A stretch of 64,000 nt of DNA. Source: a candidate division BRC1 bacterium ADurb.Bin183. GTDB lineage: Bacteria; Sumerlaeota; Sumerlaeia; MWCT01. The position numbers and the translations under genes are program-made. Position 1 is the first letter of the stretch; each line of letters begins with the position of its first letter. The stretch is from the NCBI GenBank assembly GCA_002070185.1, contig MWCT01000007.1, positions 735 through 64,734 on the forward strand, given 5' to 3'. This document shows, one piece after another, positions 29,627 to 37,556 of this stretch. The notes beneath the pieces were generated by a model. The model was given only the letters and a program-made list of their open reading frames with translations, ran no database searches and was not told the origin of the DNA.

Positions 29627-30508
29627 ATGATGGACGTTAATGTGATTGAAATGGTTGACCGACCATCGGCAGGGGCTTCGCGGGCGCAATTTGAGTCCAG
29701 CGATGCCGATGCCCTAAGTTGGTTTGCCATGAAGGAAAATCCATTTCTCGATAACGTCAATCCGAATTATTTCTTCCGCACAGAAGCCCACGAAGACGCC
29801 TACATAAAAATGAAAAAATGTATCGAAGATAACATCTCAATCGGTCTCATTGCCGCGCAGAGCGGCACAGGCAAAACCCTTTTGACGCAGATTCTGCTTC
29901 AAGAACTGGACAAACGCATCTACCGCCCCGTCCTCATCCTTGCCTATCCCCGTTTTTCTCGCACCGCCCTTTTGCGCGAACTCGCTCACGAAATGGAAGC
30001 CCCCGTCCTTTCAAGCCGAGCGCCTCTTCATGACTTGATTAACGCTGTGCAAGGACGTATTTTTGAGCTCCACACACAGGGCGTAAAACCTATTTTGCTC
30101 ATTGACGAAGTCCACTTTCTCGGCGGCGACACGCTGCACCTTCTCCGAACGCTCAGCAACATTGAAACCGCCCAAAAAAAACTCATCACTATTCTCCTTT
30201 TTGGAGAGGAATCTTTTCTGCATAAATTAGACGACCCAAGATTCAAGGCGATTCTTTCCCGCACATTCATCCGCGCCCATCTGCGCCCGCTGCGCAATAA
30301 CGAGGTGGAACAGTATGTCAAATTTCGCTGCTTGATGGCGGGCGGACGCAATGATATTTTTACGCCGGAAACATACGCCCGCATCTATGATATCACAAAG
30401 GGCGTGCCAAGGGAAATCAACCGACTCTGCCATAACGCCCTTGCCGCCGCCGCCAAATGGCGCAATAAACATGTTACAATAGATATTCTCAATCAGCTCA
30501 CGGAATAA
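29627..30508 (+). CDS. ExeA/GspA/MshM-like AAA ATPase
   Basis: ..AQSGTGKTLLTQILLQEL...ILLIDEVHFL...ITILLFGEESF.. matches ExeA-type AAA ATPases. GGAGG lies 5 nt before ATG 29627. Confidence 0.7.
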   Translation: MMDVNVIEMVDRPSAGASRAQFESSDADALSWFAMKENPFLDNVNPNYFFRTEAHEDAYIKMKKCIEDNISIGLIAAQSGTGKTLLTQILLQELDKRIYRPVLILAYPRFSRTALLRELAHEMEAPVLSSRAPLHDLINAVQGRIFELHTQGVKPILLIDEVHFLGGDTLHLLRTLSNIETAQKKLITILLFGEESFLHKLDDPRFKAILSRTFIRAHLRPLRNNEVEQYVKFRCLMAGGRNDIFTPETYARIYDITKGVPREINRLCHNALAAAAKWRNKHVTIDILNQLTE

Positions 30509-30749
30509 TAACTATGGATAAAATCTTGTATAAAACCAGATTGCGGATGGATAACCAGCCGAATATTCGCCGGAATATTCGCCATTCACAGGAAACCTCG
30601 CACGAAGAAGACCAAATCCTTTTTGACGTCGCCGATGAACCTGTTCCTGCGCCGCCTGCTTCAATTGAAAAAAATGTGATTGAATTCCCGCTTTAAAATA
30701 AGTTTTCCTTTTTTTTATTAATTTGAGAAGAGCGGCAGGAAATTTATAA

Positions 30750-31751
30750 TTGTCCCAAAACAACGGCTTATTGCTTGAAGTTAAAAATCTGCGGACGTCT
30801 TTTTTGACGGATTATGGCAAGACCCGCGCGGTGGATGATGTTTCGTTCGCTATCCCCGCAAAGGGAACGCTCGGACTTGTGGGAGAATCCGGATGCGGCA
30901 AGAGCGTCGCCGCCCTTTCCATCATGCGCCTGATACCGGAGCCCCCCGGCAAAATCGAATCAGGCGAGATCCTGTTCAAAGGAGAAAACCTGACTGTTGC
31001 GACTGAGCGGCAGATGCGTAAAATCCGCGGCAGCCGAATCGCCATGATCTTCCAAGAACCGATGACCTCCCTCAATCCCGTTTTTACGATTGGAGATCAA
31101 ATTGCCGAATCGCTCGTAATTCATAAAAACATATCACGGCGCGCCGCATGGGATAACGCCGTCTCCATGCTGGAAAAAGTTAATATACCCGACGCCGGGA
31201 GCCGCGCGCGCCAATATCCGCACCAAATGAGCGGCGGCATGAGGCAGCGCGCCATGATAGCCATGGCGCTGGCGTGCGAGCCCGATCTCATCATTGCCGA
31301 CGAGCCGACTACCGCCCTTGATGTGACTGTGCAGGCGCAAATCTTGCAACTCATGGAAGAACTACGCCGAACTCAAGGCGCATCCTTTTTGATAATATCA
31401 CACAACTTTGGAGTCATTGCAAAAATCGCCGACAGCGTTGCCGTCATGTATGCCGGAATGATTGTTGAATCCGCCCCTGCGCGCGAATTTTTCTCCAACC
31501 CCGTCCATCCCTATACTCGGGGGCTCATGAAGGCGATGCCGCGTCTTGATGATAGCGGGGCGGAGGCTTCATTGACGCCGATACCGGGAAATGTGCCCGA
31601 TCCGGCGCATTACCCTTCCGGATGCAGGTTTCATCCCCGCTGCACATTGGCTGTTGAAGAATGTAAAATTCAGATTCCCGAACTGTTAGATATGCCGGGA
31701 ACTGGAGGGCATCAAGTCCGTTGCCCGATTATTTTGAATCAAATGAGATAA
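30750..31751 (+). CDS. Orphan oligopeptide/dipeptide-type ABC transporter ATP-binding protein (OppD/DppD-like)
   Basis: Walker A GESGCGKS, signature MSGGMRQRAMIA and Walker B IIADEPTTALD. C-terminal oligo_HPY region with Cys motif. No permease or binding-protein genes are adjacent. Confidence 0.8.
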   Translation: MSQNNGLLLEVKNLRTSFLTDYGKTRAVDDVSFAIPAKGTLGLVGESGCGKSVAALSIMRLIPEPPGKIESGEILFKGENLTVATERQMRKIRGSRIAMIFQEPMTSLNPVFTIGDQIAESLVIHKNISRRAAWDNAVSMLEKVNIPDAGSRARQYPHQMSGGMRQRAMIAMALACEPDLIIADEPTTALDVTVQAQILQLMEELRRTQGASFLIISHNFGVIAKIADSVAVMYAGMIVESAPAREFFSNPVHPYTRGLMKAMPRLDDSGAEASLTPIPGNVPDPAHYPSGCRFHPRCTLAVEECKIQIPELLDMPGTGGHQVRCPIILNQMR

Positions 31752-31775
31752 TTTTAATTTTGGAAGGAACGAGCC

Positions 31776-32015
31776 ATGAAGGTAAAATCAGAGATTAAAC
31801 TCATCGAAGTCATTATTAAAAAGGATACATGCAAAGGGTGCGGTTTATGCGTTGAAGTCTGCCCGAAAGGCTTGATAACAATAACCAGCGGCGATATTAA
31901 TAAAAAGGGTTATCCTTATGCCGTTTTTGGCGATCCGGAAGGCAAATGCACCTGCTGCGCGCAATGCGCCATTATCTGCCCCGATGTCGCCATTGAAATA
32001 CGAAAATCTGTGTGA
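31776..32015 (+). CDS. 2x[4Fe-4S] ferredoxin
   Basis: Two CxxCxxCxxxCP motifs (CKGCGLCVEVCP and CTCCAQCAIICP) in 79 aa. Confidence 0.8.
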   Translation: MKVKSEIKLIEVIIKKDTCKGCGLCVEVCPKGLITITSGDINKKGYPYAVFGDPEGKCTCCAQCAIICPDVAIEIRKSV

Positions 32016-32050
32016 TGATTATTTGAAACAATGCGAGGGTTTGAAATTTT

Positions 32051-32446
32051 TTAAGGAGCGGTTTCTTGCAGAGAATGCAAGGCGCTATTGAACACTTCGC
32101 TGCCGTTAAATGAGCAAGTTGGCGCTGTATTGACCACATTAGCCGTGTAGGCGCCTCCCGCAGGGCAACGCGGCTTATTTTTGAGATAGCCGGTTCTGTC
32201 ACTTTTCCAAAGGTCTGTCATATCTACGGGATCGCCTTCATTAAGATTTTTAGCAAAGATATACATCTCTTTGGCATGCTCTATCTTTGTCAGATTTTCC
32301 TGACAGGCGATACCGCGTGTATATTCACGCTGCCGCAACCATGCGGGAATGGATATCATCATAATAATGCCGATTATACCGACAACCGTCATTATTTCGA
32401 TTAATGTCATTCCGCGAATGGATAGAGATTTTTTTGTAATCTCCAT
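32051..32446 (-). CDS. Type IV pilin/pseudopilin-like protein (prepilin N-terminal methylation domain)
   Basis: ..RGMTLIEIMTVVGIIGIIMMISIPAW.. then ..ACQENLTKIEHAKEMY.. and a paired C-terminal Cys. Paralog of the next gene. Start set at the internal Met. Confidence 0.7.
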   Translation of the reverse strand: MEITKKSLSIRGMTLIEIMTVVGIIGIIMMISIPAWLRQREYTRGIACQENLTKIEHAKEMYIFAKNLNEGDPVDMTDLWKSDRTGYLKNKPRCPAGGAYTANVVNTAPTCSFNGSEVFNSALHSLQETAP

Positions 32447-32482
32447 TTTCCGATCCCGCAAACATATTCTATCGAGCTTCCT

Positions 32483-32526
32483 TTTTCCAAAAACAAAGGG
32501 GGACGATGTTTTACATCGCCCCCCCA
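32483..32526 (-). terminator. Rho-independent terminator after pilin gene 1
   Basis: GGGGGACGATG-tttta-CATCGCCCCC hairpin. Read on the minus strand it is followed by a TTTGTTTTTGG T-run. Confidence 0.5.
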
Positions 32527-32547
32527 AATTTAAATCAAGCAAACATG

Positions 32548-32916
32548 TTATTCGGGCATCACGTGAGGAGTGAACGGGGCATTGGTGGAGGCGATAGAGC
32601 AGACCGGATCCGTTCCGATAGCGTTTGGCGTGTAGGTGCCGCTGGAGGGGCAGATGGGTGTTTTCTTAACATAACCGTTAGCGCCAAAATAATTAGCATT
32701 GGTCAGGAAACCCGATGGAACAGCCGTTCCATTGGAAACCTTGAACTCGATTGCCCACTGCTCTTTCGCACTGTCAATCTTGGTCAGGTTTTCCTGGCAA
32801 GCCTGTCCTCTGGAGTTTTCACGAGCCCTCAGGAAGCCGGGGACCGCGATAGCAATCAGGATACCGATGATTGCCACGACGATCATGATTTCAACGAGCG
32901 TAAAGCCTTTTTTCAT
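32548..32916 (-). CDS. Type IV pilin/pseudopilin (GspG-like) protein
   Basis: MKKGFTLVEIMIVVAIIGILIAIAVPGF is a classical prepilin leader with the processed Phe/Glu5 helix. ..GQACQENLTKIDSAKEQW.. Cys pair at C-terminus. AGGAGG RBS. Confidence 0.85.
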   Translation of the reverse strand: MKKGFTLVEIMIVVAIIGILIAIAVPGFLRARENSRGQACQENLTKIDSAKEQWAIEFKVSNGTAVPSGFLTNANYFGANGYVKKTPICPSSGTYTPNAIGTDPVCSIASTNAPFTPHVMPE

Positions 32917-32955
32917 TTCTCATTTCCTCCTAAAAATAAAACTCTATCGGTTTAA

Positions 32956-32974
32956 CACGCAAATAGAATGCCAA
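32956..32974 (-). promoter_or_regulatory. Sigma-54 (-24/-12) promoter upstream of pilin gene 1
   Basis: Minus-strand reading is TGGCAT-tctat-TTGCG against the consensus TGGCAC-N5-TTGCW. It lies about 40 nt before the pilin ATG and its RBS. Confidence 0.55.
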
Positions 32975-33144
32975 TTCTAAAAAAAAGGTAGTCCGATGAA
33001 TGCTTTAAATGTGTGTGATTGATAAATATGAAATTATAATAAATAACATAATTAAAATCTTTAAAATAGAAAGAAAAAAGACGCTTGCAGGGGTATCAAA
33101 ACTTACCCATGTGTAAGTCGTTGCACAATTGGTTGTTCCCCTAT

Positions 33145-34137
33145 TTACACAAAAGGGAGGCTGATGGGTTTCTTGGTCCTTATCGCCTCGTAAGCGGCAA
33201 GGCTGACCTCCATCGCCCGCATGCCGTCCTCCCCGCTGATGGAAGGCGGTTTATTTTTGATAATACTTTCTGCAAAATCCGAGACAAGGGCAAGGTCGAG
33301 GTCATCGCCTCCGGAAAATGTGGAATGCTTTAAATTCCGGTTCTGATATATATGAAGCAGGCGCGGGAAACAATCTATTGAAAGATTTGCCTTGGTTCCT
33401 TTGAAATCCATCGTCACATCGCCCCAAATTTTATAAGATGGAGGCCGCGACCAACTGGTATCCAGGCTTACGAACGCCCCGCCGGAGAGTTTCAGCATCA
33501 AAAGCCCGCAATCCTCCACCTTTATCGGGTGGAGATTTGTCCCCATCTCGGCATAGACCTCGATAATCTCCTCGCCAAGAATATAACGCAAAAGGTCGGC
33601 TACATGCACCGTATGGTCTGTTATGGCGCCTCCGCCGGAGAGCTTTTTATCCACAAACCATCCCCCCGGCATACTCCCGTGATTGGTAGCTTTGATAGCA
33701 AGGATTTTGCCGAGTTTTCCCTCCTTGATAAGCGTCCGCGCCCGTTTGACGGCGGGGGAGTAGCGCACAGGAAACGCAGTCTGAATCTTTACGCCCGCCT
33801 TGCGGCAGGCGTCGATCATGGCGCGGGCATCCTTCATGGAGGTGGCTATGGGTTTTTCGCACAGGATGTGCTTGCCTGCGCGGGCGGCAGCGATTGCCTG
33901 TTCTTTATGCCGCACATTGGCGGATGTGATAATCACTGCATCACACGATTCCTTTTGCAAAAGTTCTTTCCAGCATTTATAATGTTTTGCTTTGGGAAAT
34001 TGTTTTCGGACGCGGTCGGCGCGGGCGGCGTCATCCTCCGCAAAAGCCGTAAAATTGACCTGCGGCAATTGCTCCAAGGCATGGGCATATCCCCAACCAT
34101 GCATGTGTTCAAAACTGATAATCGCAACATTAAGCAT
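33145..34137 (-). CDS. Gfo/Idh/MocA-family NAD(P)-dependent oxidoreductase
   Basis: MLNVAIISFEHMHGWGYA...AVIITSANVRHKEQAIAAARAGKHILCEKP is the characteristic N-terminal Rossmann/EKP motif. Start at the internal Met. Confidence 0.8.
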   Translation of the reverse strand: MLNVAIISFEHMHGWGYAHALEQLPQVNFTAFAEDDAARADRVRKQFPKAKHYKCWKELLQKESCDAVIITSANVRHKEQAIAAARAGKHILCEKPIATSMKDARAMIDACRKAGVKIQTAFPVRYSPAVKRARTLIKEGKLGKILAIKATNHGSMPGGWFVDKKLSGGGAITDHTVHVADLLRYILGEEIIEVYAEMGTNLHPIKVEDCGLLMLKLSGGAFVSLDTSWSRPPSYKIWGDVTMDFKGTKANLSIDCFPRLLHIYQNRNLKHSTFSGGDDLDLALVSDFAESIIKNKPPSISGEDGMRAMEVSLAAYEAIRTKKPISLPFV

Positions 34138-34615
34138 ATTATTTTTCCTACTTGTTTTCCAAAATTTCCAAATTTTGTTGGCATTGACGGACAATGTTTT
34201 CGTAAGATTTCTTCTTTGCCTCCGGCAAATCCTCCCACGGATTATCTCGGGAGAACACATGATAAAAACAATGAGCCAAATTATTTTTTTTCAATCGAGC
34301 CATAACGGACGCTTCTCAAACGCATCCTATTCTCGTCAATGACAAATTATAGCGATTAACGGCGTCTGACCCCAATTGCTCCTCATCTTAAATACCAGTG
34401 CCAGATCGGTTTGCAATCCGCTCCAACTCTTTAATTCATCAAATGAGCCAATAATAATTAATTAAGGGACGACCTTTATGCATTGCAATAAGTTCAAGAT
34501 ACTTGCACCTTTTATGGAAAAAGCCGCAAATCGAAATTGGCGGAGACATTTAGCAAATTGTTAATAAATACTCAAGACATCTTTGGAAAACATTTGGATT
34601 TTAAATTAATGTGTT

Positions 34616-35191
34616 TTAGGGGGCATCAAATAAAACTCTACGTTTGAAAAAATATACTGCATTTGGCAAAGACCAAATAAAAAAAACAAAAAAGAAAGCC
34701 AGAAAATGATAGTTGGTGGTAATAATTGCCGAAGAAATACTTTTAAGAAAAAGAAGCACAAAATTAAGACGATAGCCCCATAGTCTTCCCCTGCGCAGAC
34801 CCAAATAAACAATAATTAGAAAGATCACCCAAGCACAATTTAAATATAAAATTAATAGCTTATAAATCAAAATGAGTTCTGAAGATAAAATATCTGCAAT
34901 CGAAACAACATTGATGATAGCTCCAATTGGTAACAAAAAGTCCACATAAAAAGACAACCAACGAATTGATATCCCTTTTTCTTTCGTACTCGCATCCCAC
35001 AAACTAACACTAGAATTATTATTTGTTGATTCGATATCCTTTTCCAATATACCACGATGACTAATTTCTTCTTGAGCAAGTTTTATAGTTTCCGGAGTAT
35101 AATCTCCATGCTCTATTTTCACCATTTTAAGCAATTCACGGTCAGTTTTGTTTTTTATTTTTTCTCTTAATTCATTATCAGTATATGTCAT
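34616..35191 (-). CDS. Hypothetical membrane protein in AT-rich islet
   Basis: 191 aa with a soluble N-terminal region and about 4 C-terminal TM helices. Codon usage and base composition are visibly AT-rich compared with the flanks. Confidence 0.45.
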   Translation of the reverse strand: MTYTDNELREKIKNKTDRELLKMVKIEHGDYTPETIKLAQEEISHRGILEKDIESTNNNSSVSLWDASTKEKGISIRWLSFYVDFLLPIGAIINVVSIADILSSELILIYKLLILYLNCAWVIFLIIVYLGLRRGRLWGYRLNFVLLFLKSISSAIITTNYHFLAFFFVFFIWSLPNAVYFFKRRVLFDAP

Positions 35192-35439
35192 AATTCTTCC
35201 CTTAAATTAAGGTGGTTTTTATATCAATATTTCAAAAGAGAAATCGGATATTGAGCCACTCCCCTCCGTCAAGACCAAAAAAGGGTAAAGTTAAGATGGA
35301 TTTCTCCGGGTCTTGGATGAGGGGTTGAAGGGGGAAAACTTTTTTGAAAAGGTTTTCTCACTCTCCGTTCTCATACACGTTCGTCATGCCATCAATTTTA
35401 CCTCCTTCCTGCCAAAATATACTGACGCCGGCATCTCAT

Positions 35440-35926
35440 ATTCAAGCGCCTGGTGCAGACGCTCATGGTTGTATAAGTCAAAATAACGACCAATTCCTCG
35501 CTGAGCCGCTGTTACGCTTTCGTTCCGCCTGAGGCGGATCTGCGAAATCGTTTAAATATACCCCCTCATATTTCAACGATCGCCAGAGCCTCTCGATGAA
35601 TATGTCGTCATACGTCCGACCGCGTCCGTCCATGCTGATCTTGACGCCTTTCCCGGCTTACTCAGATTGGGCTTGGGGTATATCGCCTGTATCCCCATTT
35701 CCTTCATCAGCCTTCGGAGGCGTTTCTCTCCAACCTGATATCCCCGCCGAACCAACTCCGCCGTCATTCTCGGAGCGCCATAAAAAGGCATCCGAGTGTA
35801 AATTTCATCCATCTCCTGCATGATTCGATCTTCCTCTTCCGGGGCAGGCGCAATGTCCAATGCCAGCGTTGCTAAAAATACGAACCATGCCATCAGCGCG
35901 AATGTATTTCTTTGATTCACCATCAT
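35440..35926 (-). pseudogene. Decayed IS3-family transposase (OrfB) remnant
   Basis: N-terminal fragment ..YGAPRMTAELVRRGYQVGEKRLRRLMKEMGIQA.. (IS3 OrfB HTH region) and C-terminal fragment YFDLYNHERLHQAL. The DDE core between them is missing and the frame is broken. Confidence 0.6.
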
Positions 35927-36060
35927 CCCCCGTTCATGACTTTTTTAAGCGCATCATAAAATGGTATCCCGCGCGTCAATCAGGCATTTTTTTATTGAAC
36001 GAACGCGCGGACAGTGCCATGCACCAGTTATTAATGTTTTCAAAAAGGGGAGGGCGAAAA

Positions 36061-37518
36061 ATGCGAAATCTGGTTTCCTTTTCTTTGGTGTTTATCCTCA
36101 TTTTTTCTGCGGGAGGTTACATTATGGGAATGACAGTCCCTGATGCTATTCAAAAAATGATTGATGGCGGCGAATTCAAAGCCGCACAGGCGGCTCTGGA
36201 AAAGGAAGCCCAAAAAGAAGGGCTGACAGAAAAACAAAAAAAATCGCTCCTTTTCGAAGTCGAGCGACTTAACCGCATCCCTTATGATTTCCGCCTCACT
36301 GAGGAAGATGTCCTTCAAAGACTTCAGGAAAGCATTCCCGATGCAACAATGGATGATGTTACCTCATGGACAAAAACCGGCGCGCTTGAATCCCGCCTGA
36401 TTGAAGGAAAACGGCTCTACTTTACCAGAGCTGTCAGCAACCTGTTTCTCCTGAACAAAGACGCCTCTTCGCGCCGCAAGGTAAAACCAAAAGAGGATGC
36501 CATACCCATATCCGAAGAGGGGGAGATAAAAGACCTTCGCATCCACGCCAAAAACGCCATTGAGGCGCGCAAAAAATCCAAAACGCCCACAGTCACGCCT
36601 CAGCGCTTCAAAATCGAATATACGCTAAGCGTCAAACCCGGCGAAGTTCCCGAAGGCAAAACCATCCGTTGCTGGCTGCCCTATCCCAAGGAAGTCCCGA
36701 CCCAAACAGATATTGTTCTCCTTGATTCATTCCCCGGCAATCCCATCATCGCCTCCAACGAAAAAGACCAGCGCACCATCTATATGGAACGCCCCGCTGA
36801 AAAAGATAAGCCCACAACATTCTCTATCGCCTTCCAATACACCGCATGGGCGTTTGTAGAGCCCATTGACCCGGCGCAAATCAAGCCTTATGACACAAAG
36901 AAGGAAGTCTATAAGGATTTTACTATGGAGCGCCCGCCCCATATCGTCTTCACGCCAGAAATAAAAAAACTGGCTAAAGAAATCTGCGGCGATGAGCAGA
37001 ATCCTTATCTCAAGGCAAAAAAGATTTTCGCCTGGGTGGATGCCAACATCCCATGGTCGGGAGCCATCGAATATTCTACCGTCCCGAATCTTTCCATGCG
37101 CGCCCTAACACGCCGCACCGGCGACTGCGGCATGCAGGGACTCCTCTTTATCACACTCTGCCGATATTCCGGCATTCCCGCACGTTGGCAAAGCGGATGG
37201 TCGCTCAAACCCGGCGGTGTTAACTTGCACGATTGGACGCAATTCTACGTCGAGCCGTATGGCTGGCTCTATGCCGACCCCTCAAACGGGTTGATGAAAT
37301 CGGATAAAGAAGAGATTCGCTGGTATAACTTTGGCAACTTTGACCGCTATCGCCTTATAGTCAATTCCAACTACGGTATGGAACTGGAACCCAAAAAGAC
37401 GCATTTCCGCTCGGAGACTGTTGATTTTCAGCGCGGCGAGGTTGAATGGGAGGGCAGCAATCTCTATTTTGATAAATGGACATATCGAATGAAGGTCACA
37501 CCGCTGGGCGCGAAATAA
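36061..37518 (+). CDS. Secreted transglutaminase-like (Cys-protease fold) protein
   Basis: Signal peptide MRNLVSFSLVFILIFSAGG with RBS GGGGAGGG. ..TRRTGDCGMQGLLFITLCRYSGIPARW.. is a transglutaminase-core Cys motif. The ORF's upstream extension overlaps the IS remnant and is rejected. Confidence 0.7.
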   Translation: MRNLVSFSLVFILIFSAGGYIMGMTVPDAIQKMIDGGEFKAAQAALEKEAQKEGLTEKQKKSLLFEVERLNRIPYDFRLTEEDVLQRLQESIPDATMDDVTSWTKTGALESRLIEGKRLYFTRAVSNLFLLNKDASSRRKVKPKEDAIPISEEGEIKDLRIHAKNAIEARKKSKTPTVTPQRFKIEYTLSVKPGEVPEGKTIRCWLPYPKEVPTQTDIVLLDSFPGNPIIASNEKDQRTIYMERPAEKDKPTTFSIAFQYTAWAFVEPIDPAQIKPYDTKKEVYKDFTMERPPHIVFTPEIKKLAKEICGDEQNPYLKAKKIFAWVDANIPWSGAIEYSTVPNLSMRALTRRTGDCGMQGLLFITLCRYSGIPARWQSGWSLKPGGVNLHDWTQFYVEPYGWLYADPSNGLMKSDKEEIRWYNFGNFDRYRLIVNSNYGMELEPKKTHFRSETVDFQRGEVEWEGSNLYFDKWTYRMKVTPLGAK

Positions 37519-37556
37519 ACATAATGTTGCATCTTTTAGAATTCACAAAAAAAATA

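Noticed and set aside
35860-36060. N-terminal 67-codon extension of the transglutaminase ORF
   Set aside because: Overlaps the IS3 remnant. A strong RBS and signal peptide start at 36061.
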